Shown: piece after piece, positions 28,809-38,094 of the stretch
Numbering within the stretch: the first letter of the stretch is position 1
Layout of the letters: every line of letters starts with the position of its first letter
From: an uncultured Bdellovibrionales bacterium
Lineage (GTDB): Bacteria; Bdellovibrionota; Bdellovibrionia; Bdellovibrionales; JAMPXM01
Length of the DNA stretch: 64,000 bases
Direction of reading: 5' to 3'
NCBI GenBank assembly: GCA_937927435.1
Contig: CALBDW010000018.1
Span: 484 to 64,483 of the forward strand
Program-made: the position numbers and the translations under genes
The notes under the pieces: generated by a model
What the model saw: only the letters and a program-made list of their open reading frames with translations
What the model was told of the DNA's origin: nothing
Databases searched by the model: none

Positions 28809-29345
28809 ATGGCAAATCTACCCGATATTTTCCGCCGCAATCGCAGCCTCTTTTCGGACTTCTTCCATGAACTCGACGACTTCTTCAACTCCAGATCGTT
28901 CTGGATGCCCCGAGTTTTTGAGTCCCCCCTCTCCTCTTTCGACTCGGGACGGTTCGACTACGATATCGAAGAAAAGGATAACGAGTACGTCGCATGCTTC
29001 GCTCTTCCCGGCTTCCGTCCGGAAGACATCAAAGTCGACGTCTCGGGCAACATGCTCAATGTTTGCGCGTGCTCGAGCGAGGAGCGGGAAGAAGGCAAAG
29101 ACCGCTTCATGAGACGCATGGGCCGCGTGCAAAGATCCATCATGCTGCCTTCGGACACTAACGTCGACGAAATCCAAGCGAGCTACGAAAATGGCATGCT
29201 TGAGATCACGATTCCGAAAGGCGAAAATTCCCGTCGCCGCACGATTGAAATTCAAACAGGCGAACGCATGACTCACCAAATTCAAGGCAAATCAAAGGCC
29301 TCGTCGGCGTCGAAAACGGAAGCGACGACGCCCGCTCGGCACTAA
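28809..29345 (+). CDS. Hsp20 / alpha-crystallin family small heat-shock protein
   Basis: 178 aa with AAGGAGG upstream. The alpha-crystallin core is YDIEEKDNEYVACFALPGFRPEDIKVDVSGNMLNV...ASYENGMLEITIPK. Confidence 0.9.
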   Translation: MANLPDIFRRNRSLFSDFFHELDDFFNSRSFWMPRVFESPLSSFDSGRFDYDIEEKDNEYVACFALPGFRPEDIKVDVSGNMLNVCACSSEEREEGKDRFMRRMGRVQRSIMLPSDTNVDEIQASYENGMLEITIPKGENSRRRTIEIQTGERMTHQIQGKSKASSASKTEATTPARH

Positions 29346-29356
29346 TCCAAACTTAT

Positions 29357-29386
29357 GGCCCTTGAATCGCCTGGCGTTCAAGGGCC
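29357..29386. terminator. hairpin between convergent hsp20 and acyl-CoA ligase genes
   Basis: GGCCCTTGAA-10 nt-TTCAAGGGCC, a perfect 10-bp stem ending 2 nt before the stop codon of the minus-strand gene. Confidence 0.55.
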
Positions 29387-29387
29387 T

Positions 29388-30890
29388 TCACTTCGATGCG
29401 TCTTTAAACAGAGCGCGCACGCTCGGCTTTAAGATTTTACCCATCGCGTTCCGCGGAAGCGATTCGACCTTTTTCCAAAGAGTCGGGACTTTGTATCGGG
29501 CGAGCCTGCCTTTTAAAAAAGCGGCGCATTCGTCCTCACTCAGATTCTCTTTTGCAACGTAGGCCGCGGCGACCCTTTCTCCCCACTCGGGATCCTCGAC
29601 ACCGACAACGGCGACTTCGACGATCCCCTCGTGTTCAAGAAGAGCGCTTTCGATTTCCAAAGCTGAAATCTTATATCCACCCGATTTGATGATGTCCTGC
29701 GAGCGGCGGCCGAGAATACGATACGATCCTGTCTCATCCCTTTCGGCGACATCGCCGGTTTTAAACCACCCGTCGGACGTAAAGCTTTCCGCGGTGACTT
29801 CCGGCAGACGCCAATATCCGCGGAACACGTTGGGGCCACGCACTTGGATTTCACCCGGCCTGTCCGACTCTTGGATGACGGATCCGTCTTCATCAACCAA
29901 ACGAACCTCAACTCCCGGCAACGGCATGCCGACTCTCCCCGGAATCCGCGGCCCGTCATAGGGGTTTGAGAGAGCCATTCCGATTTCGGTCATGCCATAG
30001 CGTTCAAGCAGCCTATGGCCAGTCACCTTTTCCCAGGCGTCGAAAAGCGGGACCGGCAGAGCGGCCGATCCTGAGACCATAAGCCGCATCGCGCGCGCCC
30101 TCTCGCTCCAAAGCGCGCGCGTCCCCTCGGACTGAGCCTTCCAGTGTTCAAGAAGCCGGGAATAGACGGTGGGAACCGCCATGAAGACATTGATCTCGCC
30201 GCTTGCAATGCGTTCCCAGACGAGAGCCGGGTCGAACTTCGGCACCATTTCACAGGAAGCGCCGGCCGCCAAAGCACACGAAAGGACATTCACGATTCCG
30301 TGCACGTGATGAAGCGGCAGTACATTGATCGTGCGATCAGATGACGTCCAACGCCACGCCTTCAAAAGAGCTTGCATCTGCGCTTCAAGACCCGCAAACG
30401 TGGTCGGAACGCCTTTGGGCCTTCTCGTGGTGCCGCTTGTGTAAATCATGAGGGCGTCGCCTTCAGTTTGAACAGTCGACACGACAAATTCGTCTTTAGG
30501 CTCGCCGTGCTCGATCACAAAGGAGCGAAACTTCCGTTCGGCGGAAAGAGTGTTCGCCAAATCCTGAAACTCAGGATGCACAAGAACCAACGAAACAGCC
30601 GCATCCTTAAGAATGTAAAGAAGCTCGGACACCGGATGCGCCGTCTGCAAGGGAACGGCGAACCCGCCCGCCTTCCAAATCCCGAGCAAGCCGGCCACGT
30701 ACTCAGCGCTCGATGACGCAAGTAACCCAACGGTCCGCGCGTCGCTCAAGCCGTGCTCGCGAATTCGGAGCGCGAGAGCCGAACTCCACCGATCGAGCTC
30801 GGCGTAGGTTAACGTCATTTTCGGGTCTCGGATCGCTGTCTTGTTTGCCAGCTCGGGGTTCGAGAGCTGGCGGAAAATAGAAAACTCCAT
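29388..30890 (-). CDS. AMP-dependent acyl-CoA synthetase / ligase (ANL superfamily)
   Basis: 500 aa. AMP-binding motif IYTSGTTRRPKGV, then WFKTGD, and the C-terminal GGYKISALEIE...GKILK. Confidence 0.9.
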   Translation of the reverse strand: MEFSIFRQLSNPELANKTAIRDPKMTLTYAELDRWSSALALRIREHGLSDARTVGLLASSSAEYVAGLLGIWKAGGFAVPLQTAHPVSELLYILKDAAVSLVLVHPEFQDLANTLSAERKFRSFVIEHGEPKDEFVVSTVQTEGDALMIYTSGTTRRPKGVPTTFAGLEAQMQALLKAWRWTSSDRTINVLPLHHVHGIVNVLSCALAAGASCEMVPKFDPALVWERIASGEINVFMAVPTVYSRLLEHWKAQSEGTRALWSERARAMRLMVSGSAALPVPLFDAWEKVTGHRLLERYGMTEIGMALSNPYDGPRIPGRVGMPLPGVEVRLVDEDGSVIQESDRPGEIQVRGPNVFRGYWRLPEVTAESFTSDGWFKTGDVAERDETGSYRILGRRSQDIIKSGGYKISALEIESALLEHEGIVEVAVVGVEDPEWGERVAAAYVAKENLSEDECAAFLKGRLARYKVPTLWKKVESLPRNAMGKILKPSVRALFKDASK

Positions 30891-30936
30891 ACTGTCGTCA
30901 CTCTTCTCGGATTAGTGACGGCAGTCAAGACGCGCC

Positions 30937-31404
30937 TTAATGATGCGAGGACATCCGGGCGGTCGTGAATTGATCGACTCTGGGCGACTCAGGCCATTTT
31001 TTTTTTGGACGATCCGCCGGGCCCTCGGTTTTTTCGACCTCGTAACCATGTTGCTGCCAGGCCTTCATTCCGCCTTCAAGTTCACGAACCGGATAACCCA
31101 TTTCTGCAAACCTCAAGGCCGCCTGAGCCGCCAGATGGCAAGTTTGCGAATAACAGTAAACAATGTTGAGCCGATCCTTGCTCAGGCCCTCGGCACTCCC
31201 CCATTTTGCTTGCGGTAAATGGATGGCGCCCGGAATATGTCCCTTATCGAAGTCTTCTTTCATACGCACGTCAACCACGACAATGGGCTGGTTCTCATCT
31301 ATCGCTCTTTTCAAGTCAGCCGGGCTGGCGGTGAATTCCAACTTCTTTTCAAAGTATTTCTTCGCCTTCTCTGGCTCGTTAGGCCTCCACGAAACCGTCC
31401 CCAT
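30937..31404 (-). CDS. rhodanese-domain sulfurtransferase-like protein
   Basis: Start moved to ATG 31404 (GAGAGGAGG upstream). Carries VVVDVRMKEDFDKGHIPGAIHLP and the active-site loop VYCYSQTCHLAAQAA. Confidence 0.8.
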   Translation of the reverse strand: MGTVSWRPNEPEKAKKYFEKKLEFTASPADLKRAIDENQPIVVVDVRMKEDFDKGHIPGAIHLPQAKWGSAEGLSKDRLNIVYCYSQTCHLAAQAALRFAEMGYPVRELEGGMKAWQQHGYEVEKTEGPADRPKKKWPESPRVDQFTTARMSSHH

Positions 31405-31541
31405 AAAGCCTCCTCTCGCTTGCGTCCTGATCATATCATCGCTGGGAGAGCATGTGGTTTTTATGTGTGTGATATTTGCGCAATATCGAAGCCTATGGCA
31501 TTGTGAATTGATCTAGAATTATTTAGCGAAGGGACGGTGCC

Positions 31542-32018
31542 ATGATGAAGATCGACATCGGTATCAGCGAACAAGACCGCAAGCAAATCGCGGACGGTCT
31601 CGCAAGACTTCTTGCAGACACCTACACTCTTTACTTAACGACACATAATTACCACTGGAACGTCACAGGTCCCATGTTCCAGACCCTGCATCTCATGTTC
31701 GAACAACAATACAACGAGCTTGCTCTCGCCGTCGACGCCATCGCGGAGCGGATCAGGGCGCTCGGCTTTCCGGCCCCGGGAACCTACGAAGAGTTCTCAG
31801 AACTTGCTTCGATCAAACAAGAGCGTGGGGTGCCCAAAGCCACCGACATGATCAGAAAGCTTGTCGAGGGGCAGGAGGCCGTTGTTAGAACCGCCCGCTC
31901 GATCTTCCCTATCGTTGAAAAGGTCAATGACGAGCCGACGGCCGACCTCCTCACCCAGCGGATGCAGGTTCACGAGAAAACGGCGTGGATGCTCCGCAGT
32001 CTGTTGGAAGAGAAATAA
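31542..32018 (+). CDS. dps: Dps (DNA-binding ferritin-like protein from starved cells)
   Basis: 158 aa. [35 protein letters not shown]...[10 protein letters not shown] holds the Dps ferroxidase-site residues. Confidence 0.9.
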   Translation: MMKIDIGISEQDRKQIADGLARLLADTYTLYLTTHNYHWNVTGPMFQTLHLMFEQQYNELALAVDAIAERIRALGFPAPGTYEEFSELASIKQERGVPKATDMIRKLVEGQEAVVRTARSIFPIVEKVNDEPTADLLTQRMQVHEKTAWMLRSLLEEK

Positions 32019-32026
32019 GGGGACAC

Positions 32027-32067
32027 CGCTCGGCGTATTCCGCCGCCGGACCGCGCCGAGCGTTTTT
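32027..32067 (+). terminator. terminator after dps
   Basis: CGCTCGGCG-18 nt-CGCCGAGCG is followed by TTTTT. Confidence 0.6.
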
Positions 32068-32178
32068 ACGAAAGTAAGACAGTTGCCGAAAGATTTTCTT
32101 GCCTGCCGGCCTGGGTCCTCGGATGCTCCTTATATCTGTCATTTAATGACATTTTTCTTTACTTGAAAGGCCTAGACT

Positions 32179-32556
32179 ATGATCGCCTCCGCAAAATCAA
32201 TGATCCTAAAAGCCCACGATAACATCGAGACCGCGAAGAGACTGATTGACGATGAGACTCAGCACGACATCGTCGGGTACAATCTGGCACAAGCATGCGA
32301 GTTTTTTCTCAAAGCGCTCTGCGTCCTCCGCGGAATTGAATACCCCCCTGGAGAAGAAGGTCACGACCTCGACACTCTTATGGAGCTGCTCGAAGAGGAC
32401 AATATGACCGCCATATCCTCCCACGCGGATATTATCGACCTCACTCCCTACAACTCGCTCCACGCATTCATCCGACCGGAAGAGCGGTTGAACCTCAGAG
32501 AATATCTCGAACGTGTGGAAGACTTGAAAGCCCTCGTGAAAGAACAGGTGATGTAA
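32179..32556 (+). CDS. HEPN-domain protein (stand-alone)
   Basis: 125 aa, all-helical. AQACEFFLKALCVLRGIEYPPGEEGHDLDTLMELL fits the HEPN pattern xxKALLxxxGxxxxxxHDLxxL. No nucleotidyltransferase partner is adjacent. Confidence 0.5.
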   Translation: MIASAKSMILKAHDNIETAKRLIDDETQHDIVGYNLAQACEFFLKALCVLRGIEYPPGEEGHDLDTLMELLEEDNMTAISSHADIIDLTPYNSLHAFIRPEERLNLREYLERVEDLKALVKEQVM

Positions 32557-32914
32557 GAACCGGTCAAAAAGGATGGGGCAGCCGGCCGGATCTCACCGAT
32601 CCGGCCGCTGATGAGAGGAGGGTTTCGGTTGGATGAGAGTTCAAAAGAGAAAGCGTGAGTTGAAGGAATCAGAAAGGAGCCCCAATGTAACCAGAACCGG
32701 ACAGATTTGAATGGCGATTATGTTCACAGATAGTGAATTGATCTAAACAAGTCGCTGTTGATCTTAAATTCCATTACATTAGTTTCCCAAATCGATCCCC
32801 TTCCAGTCCTTCTTACAGTATCCTGGTCTATCAACCGAATTTGTGGTCCCTTCGCGCCCCTCGGCAAAGGTCGTGAGCTCTTATGTCCACACAAACTGCA
32901 TCCGATAAGAAAGA

Positions 32915-35197
32915 GTGGACCGCTCACTTGTCGCAGGCGCAATTTTACTGCTCTTTCTCGAGATCGGGCTTCTCTTCGCCGGTCTCGACGACGTTCCAGT
33001 CTGGAAACGGGGCCTCGACGCCGATTCCAGACAGCAACGCCCGATCGCGTTCATGAAACGCACGGAGAGCCATGTGCGCCGCCGTCCCCGCGCCAGCCTC
33101 GTTTGGGAAGAGAGCCGACCGTCCGACACGCTTTACGAAGCCGATTCGGTTCTCACGCTTTCAGGAAGTACGGCGCAAATCGAATTCCACTCGAACACGA
33201 CGCTCAATATCGACGAAAACACCCTTGTAGTTCTTGAGGAAAGCCCGCACCAATCCGATGGCAGCTTGCGCGTGCGTTTCTCACGAGGCACCCTTCGCTC
33301 GTCCAACCCGTCCCAACCGATGCGCATCGAAAGCGGCGAATGGAGCCTCGCCGCCGAACAAGGTTCCGTCGTCAATCTTGTGAGCCTGAACGACGGGCGC
33401 TACGATATTGAGATTCAGGCGGGCCGGGTGAAACTCCAATCCGGAGTCGGGAACGAACTCGAAGTCGGCGGCGGCGAACGTCTCATCATTCGCAGCGACG
33501 GAGTTGAGGACCGTAAAATCGTCGATGCCCAACTCTCTTGGGACGAGAAACTTCCATCCCGACTCTACGCGCGGGAGTTCCCGGTCGAAACCGTGCTCAA
33601 GTGGCAAGGCCAGGCCGAAAAGATTCTTCTCATCAGACCCGACAAGTCGGCGGAAGCGATCCCGATTGAACGAACGAAATCTTCCCTGCAACTCCGGCTC
33701 CAGCCTGGCACTTATCTGGTCTCACTCGTCAATGGGAACCGCGTTTCGGAATCACGCACGCTGCAAGTGCGCGAAGCGCCCCTCTTCAGGTATTTTTCAC
33801 CGCTTCCACGCAACCGGATCCAATCAGGAGTTGAAACGCTCTTTTCGTGGGAGCCGAATCTTTTCGCCTCTCAGTACAGGCTGGAAATCAGCCGCGATCC
33901 GAAATTTTCATCCAGTGTTATTGCGCTCACCGCGGAAAAGCCCGCACTTGCGACGACGCTTGAGAGCGAAGGCGCGTACTACTGGCGCGTTATCGGTCTC
34001 GATGAAGAAAAAACGCCGATTCCCGAACCACGGGTCTATCCGCTTTTCGTGATTCCGGACCCGTTACAATCTCCGGAACTTCAAACACCGACGCTCCGTC
34101 GCCCGGCAACTCCGGAAGAAACTCCGCGCGCCGGAAAGCGAAAATCGAGCTTCCTTTGGCACGTCTTCTTCTCTACAGCATGGGCCAAAAAACGGACCCC
34201 CTCGAGCGATTCCGATTTTGAAGCCGTTTTCACGTGGACGTCGGTTCCCGGGGCGGATCACTACATCATTGAAATCTCCGAATCGCCCGGATTCGAAGAA
34301 CCCATCGTCATTGAACGTGTCAAAACGCCTCAATTTGTTTGGCGAAACTTCAAAAAAGGCCGGTACTTCTGGCGGGTCGCCGCCGGGCAGAGCGGTCCGA
34401 CCGGCGATCGTTTAGGTCTTTTTAGTCCCATTGCCGTCGCACACCTCGAAGATTTTGAAAAGAACGCGGGCCCAGGAGTGACGCTCGCCCGGAAAACGTC
34501 CTTCTCCTCTGCGAAAGAAACGGCGACGACGCCCAAGCCCGATCTAGAGGAAAAATTCCCCGAAGAACTCATGCAAGTGATCCCTGAAACCGAGCCAGTT
34601 CCACAAGAACCGAGTTCGTGGCGGCGAATTCTCACTTGGGCTCCTTCGCACCGCTCTGTGAGCATGGAAGGAGAAAACGACATTCACGGATCATTCAGCG
34701 GTCTCTCGCCTCTCGCCTTTGAAGGCGAGATCCGCTTTATTACAAACAAACGCTTTTGGTCCCTTCGGTTGACCTACGACGAAACTTATTGGGATCCGAG
34801 GAGAGACTCCGCTCCTCCGTCGCAATCATCGGTTCGAGAGCAGCGTTTCAGCGGCGAACTCGTGGCCGGACAAAGTTCGTCTTACTGGAGCTTCGGGTTT
34901 GGAGCCGAGTCGTTCCCGATCTTCAAGCGCAAAGCGCCGGACGAAGGAGCTCTCGAAAGCGTCACCGTTTTCGGACCATCGGCGCGTTTCAACTACGGCG
35001 GTTTTGATTTCTATCTGTCGGCGCGCTTCGGAGAAATCCTGGGCGGACGAGGACGCGCCGGCTGGCACTTCACACTGATCCAATCTGAACGCGCGATCTA
35101 TAGCGCGTTCCCGTTTTACTCGTACGGGCAATTCCAAAACTCCGAGTCGAAAATCGTCGACCAAGGATTCGGCTTGAGCCTTTCGATGGAATGGTAA
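32915..35197 (+). CDS. large envelope protein: N-terminal TM anchor, FecR-like domain, Ig/FN3-like modules, C-terminal beta-rich domain
   Basis: 760 aa with a GTG start. The FecR-like stretch is SVLTLSGSTAQIEFHSNTTLNIDENTLVVLEE...RGTLRS. Recurring module ends are EGAYYWRVIGLD and GRYFWRVAAGQ. The C-terminus ends GFGLSLSMEW. Confidence 0.65.
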   Translation: MDRSLVAGAILLLFLEIGLLFAGLDDVPVWKRGLDADSRQQRPIAFMKRTESHVRRRPRASLVWEESRPSDTLYEADSVLTLSGSTAQIEFHSNTTLNIDENTLVVLEESPHQSDGSLRVRFSRGTLRSSNPSQPMRIESGEWSLAAEQGSVVNLVSLNDGRYDIEIQAGRVKLQSGVGNELEVGGGERLIIRSDGVEDRKIVDAQLSWDEKLPSRLYAREFPVETVLKWQGQAEKILLIRPDKSAEAIPIERTKSSLQLRLQPGTYLVSLVNGNRVSESRTLQVREAPLFRYFSPLPRNRIQSGVETLFSWEPNLFASQYRLEISRDPKFSSSVIALTAEKPALATTLESEGAYYWRVIGLDEEKTPIPEPRVYPLFVIPDPLQSPELQTPTLRRPATPEETPRAGKRKSSFLWHVFFSTAWAKKRTPSSDSDFEAVFTWTSVPGADHYIIEISESPGFEEPIVIERVKTPQFVWRNFKKGRYFWRVAAGQSGPTGDRLGLFSPIAVAHLEDFEKNAGPGVTLARKTSFSSAKETATTPKPDLEEKFPEELMQVIPETEPVPQEPSSWRRILTWAPSHRSVSMEGENDIHGSFSGLSPLAFEGEIRFITNKRFWSLRLTYDETYWDPRRDSAPPSQSSVREQRFSGELVAGQSSSYWSFGFGAESFPIFKRKAPDEGALESVTVFGPSARFNYGGFDFYLSARFGEILGGRGRAGWHFTLIQSERAIYSAFPFYSYGQFQNSESKIVDQGFGLSLSMEW

Positions 35198-35201
35198 GAA
35201 G

Positions 35202-36776
35202 TTAAGCTATTCGCAATCGTACCCAGAGAAGAAGCGGCGCGAGAGAGGACAGAAGCCAGATCCACGCACTCCCTCCCCCGGTCGTGGTTGTTGCCGCTTG
35301 ACAAGAAGCGAATTCGAACTGTCGGTATTCCTTCATCCCATATTCAACTTTGACGGACCGGACGACGACAGGTTGCGTAGCACTCTGATTATTAATCCGA
35401 ACACGAAAACGTAAATAGCGTTTCCCGCCGTTTAAAGAGAGCGAAGCCGCAGGCTGCCACGCCACCGACGCAGCATCGAACGGCGTATCTCCGAAGGCGA
35501 CTTCAAGATCGACTGAACTTCCGCCACTGACGGCTGCGTCGAGCGTAACGGATTTAATATCGGGGGCGTCCGATCCAATATCAATCAACTTGGAGACGAT
35601 TTCAAAAAGCCCGGTCTGATGGCTGACTTTTCCCACGTCGATAATCGGAATCGGTTCAAGATCGAAAGGGAACATCCCCCTCGCATCGGTCGCCCACGTG
35701 CGCCCCGCTCCACCCTTTCCTCCCATTCCTCCGCCCGATGTACCACCGTTACCGCCGAGCGCTTCGATCAGTCCAGTGGAGTTGAGTTCACCACCTGCAA
35801 AGATCTGAACCGAGCCACCGGCTCCGCCACCTCCGCTTCCGCCTTTTCGCGCCGACGCCGACCCGCCGCCTTTTCCTCCGTTAGCGAGAATCTGTCCGGT
35901 GATCGTGATGTCTTTCACAGCATGAATGTAGATGGAACCGCCACCGGCTCCTCCTCCGCCCCCAGTCGCGTGGAGAGTCGCGGGGTCGACCGCGTTATTG
36001 TACATTTGACCACCGCCGCCACCGGCTCCGCCCCCGATCTCGTCAAACACTTTATCGGTCCCTTGTACACCGGCTATTCCAGCGGGGCGAAAACTGAGAT
36101 CCAAGCCGGGATTCGCCGGCGGAGCGTAGGGCCCCATGCCTCCTCCTCCGCCACCACCGCTTCCTTCACTTGTTCCCGCTCCGCCTGCCGCGCCGAGATT
36201 TGTCGACGGCGCCTCACCCGGATCCGGCGCTCCGGTAAGTGATCCTCCGCGACCGCCGTGTGAACCGCCACATCTTCCTAAGCCGCCTGAAGGCGTCGCG
36301 TTCAGGTCGTCCGAGAGGTCTTCACCGTCGTCTCCGGAACAATCGATGATCCCGTGCACCTCCACATTCGAAAGGCAGCGAATGACGAGAGGATTTGAAC
36401 CCGTAGGACGAATCACCCAACCGGATTCAAGATGGAATTCCGTCACATCCAAAACAGGAAAAAGATCGGTATTGATCTTAATGACTCCGTCGTTATTGTA
36501 AACGCCGTCGTGAAAATTCAAATATGTCGATGCATTGAAAGGTCCATGGATTCCGGAGCCAAATTGCAACGGAGTCGAGCTCGGTCCGCTACCGCCATCC
36601 CAGTCCTGCACCTGTAAGGGCGGGTGCGCAAGATTGAGCTTCGGATTGATCACCGCAGTCGACGATTCGACAAAAGCCGGATCCCCTAGGGAAACGGAAA
36701 TCGTTTCCGCGTGCAGAGCAGAGAAGAAAAACTGCGGTAGCACCCCAAGCACAACGGTCTTAGCGAACCCTTTCAT
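35202..36776 (-). CDS. secreted glycine-rich (beta-helix-like) protein with C-terminal GlyGly-CTERM/MYXO-CTERM-like sorting tail
   Basis: 524 aa with signal peptide MKGFAKTVVLGVLPQFFFSALHA. About 200 aa are Gly-rich, in runs such as GGGGAGGGSIYIHAVKDITITGQILANGGKGGG and GGSGGGGAGGSVQIFAGG. The extreme C-terminus TTTTGGGSAWIWLLSSLAPLLLWVRLRIA combines a Gly motif, a TM helix and a basic end. The start overlaps the upstream kinase gene by 17 nt. Confidence 0.75.
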   Translation of the reverse strand: MKGFAKTVVLGVLPQFFFSALHAETISVSLGDPAFVESSTAVINPKLNLAHPPLQVQDWDGGSGPSSTPLQFGSGIHGPFNASTYLNFHDGVYNNDGVIKINTDLFPVLDVTEFHLESGWVIRPTGSNPLVIRCLSNVEVHGIIDCSGDDGEDLSDDLNATPSGGLGRCGGSHGGRGGSLTGAPDPGEAPSTNLGAAGGAGTSEGSGGGGGGGMGPYAPPANPGLDLSFRPAGIAGVQGTDKVFDEIGGGAGGGGGQMYNNAVDPATLHATGGGGGAGGGSIYIHAVKDITITGQILANGGKGGGSASARKGGSGGGGAGGSVQIFAGGELNSTGLIEALGGNGGTSGGGMGGKGGAGRTWATDARGMFPFDLEPIPIIDVGKVSHQTGLFEIVSKLIDIGSDAPDIKSVTLDAAVSGGSSVDLEVAFGDTPFDAASVAWQPAASLSLNGGKRYLRFRVRINNQSATQPVVVRSVKVEYGMKEYRQFEFASCQAATTTTGGGSAWIWLLSSLAPLLLWVRLRIA

Positions 36777-38094
36777 CCGCCTCCCCGGCCTTTCCCTTAT
36801 CGATCGGGAACGTCAATATCGCTTCGAGACCTTTGCTTTGATGATTGGAAAGCACGAACTTTCCGCCGTGCTCGATTTCGACGATGTCTTTGACGATCGC
36901 AAGGCCGAGCCCCGTTCCGTCTTTCTTGGTGGTGAAAAATGGAGCCGTCACTTTATCGATCAGCTTCGGGTCAAGGCCCGGTCCATAATCTCGGACACGG
37001 ATTTCGACGCGATCACCGAGTTCCATGATCGAGAGATCGATCTGCCCGCTGTCCCCCATAGCCTGAATCGCGTTCAAAAGAAGGTTCATGTAAACTTGCA
37101 CCAACGCCGTCTCGTTGCCCTGGATGTCGACACTCTTCTTACGGATCCAGCAGACGTGAATGTGCTTGTCCTTCAATTCATGGCTTAGCAGCATGAGCGC
37201 CTCTTCGATCGGCGCATACGCCGGGAACGTCTTCTTCGTGACGACGTGCCCGTCGGGATTGCGCAAGTACTTGAAGCGCTCGAGAATTTCTGTCGCCCGC
37301 TGTGATGCCTGCAAAATAACCTTCAATGCTTCTTTCAACTGCTCCGCCGTGTTCAAACTGCCGGCGAGCGTCGCCTTGCCGATGATGGTCATCATGATAT
37401 TCCGGAACTCGTGCCCGATCCCCCTCGCGACGAGCGCCATGATCGCAAAGCGTTCGTGCTCTCGCAACTGTCTCTGTAGGTTTTGAACGTGCTCTTCCTT
37501 GACCTCTTTTTCCCTTTGCAAATTCCAGTGGGCGACGCCATTACGGGCTTTCTGGAGAATCTCGCCGCGAGAGAACGGCTTATTGAGATAATCCCAGTGC
37601 GCCGTTTTCGCTTCACCCAATAGCGCTTGGATGGAATCGACGCTCCGATCGCTGTACGCCGTGACAAAGACAGCGTACATGCGTGGATCGATCTCGTGAA
37701 CCTTCTTCACAAGTTCGATACCATCCATGCCGGGACCCAAAACGACGTCGAAAAATCCCATCGTAAACGGCCGCCCCTGCGCGAGCGCATGCTTCACTTC
37801 AGCAAGCGCTTGCTCGGCACTATGGACAACAGTGAGTTCGAACCTGTCCTCTGAAGCGGATTTCGTGTCCGCCGTCGAACCGGCCGATGGCGTAAAACGG
37901 CTTGAACGGGCAAAGGGAATGACATTACTATCCGCCCCCGAAGACAGGATATCACGGTAGGCGTCGGCAATCCCCGGCTCGTCCTCAACGACAAGGATCC
38001 GCGTGTTCTTTTGCGACGGTTCGAAGTTGTGCACGGGGCCCGCGGTTCCAAGAGACACCGCCCGTTCATAAAATCTTTTTGCCGTCGAGCTCAC
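36760..38094 (-). CDS. hybrid response-regulator / histidine kinase (REC-HisKA-HATPase_c)
   Basis: 444 aa with a GTG start. REC domain: ILVVEDEPGIA...FFDVVLGPGMDG...NKP, with a roughly 35-aa insert after helix 1. H-box GIGHEFRNIMMTI. G2 box GTGLGLAIVKDIV. Its start overlaps the upstream kinase stop by 4 nt. Confidence 0.85.
   Translation of the reverse strand: MSSTAKRFYERAVSLGTAGPVHNFEPSQKNTRILVVEDEPGIADAYRDILSSGADSNVIPFARSSRFTPSAGSTADTKSASEDRFELTVVHSAEQALAEVKHALAQGRPFTMGFFDVVLGPGMDGIELVKKVHEIDPRMYAVFVTAYSDRSVDSIQALLGEAKTAHWDYLNKPFSRGEILQKARNGVAHWNLQREKEVKEEHVQNLQRQLREHERFAIMALVARGIGHEFRNIMMTIIGKATLAGSLNTAEQLKEALKVILQASQRATEILERFKYLRNPDGHVVTKKTFPAYAPIEEALMLLSHELKDKHIHVCWIRKKSVDIQGNETALVQVYMNLLLNAIQAMGDSGQIDLSIMELGDRVEIRVRDYGPGLDPKLIDKVTAPFFTTKKDGTGLGLAIVKDIVEIEHGGKFVLSNHQSKGLEAILTFPIDKGKAGEADERVR

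Noticed and set aside
31503-32752. An exact 13-mer GTGAATTGATCTA upstream of dps (31504-31516) and again at 32739-32751 upstream of the FecR-domain gene, considered as a shared operator.
   Set aside because: By rough expectation a 64-kb window contains tens of chance 13-mer pairs. The motif is not a clean palindrome and matches no regulator box I can name.
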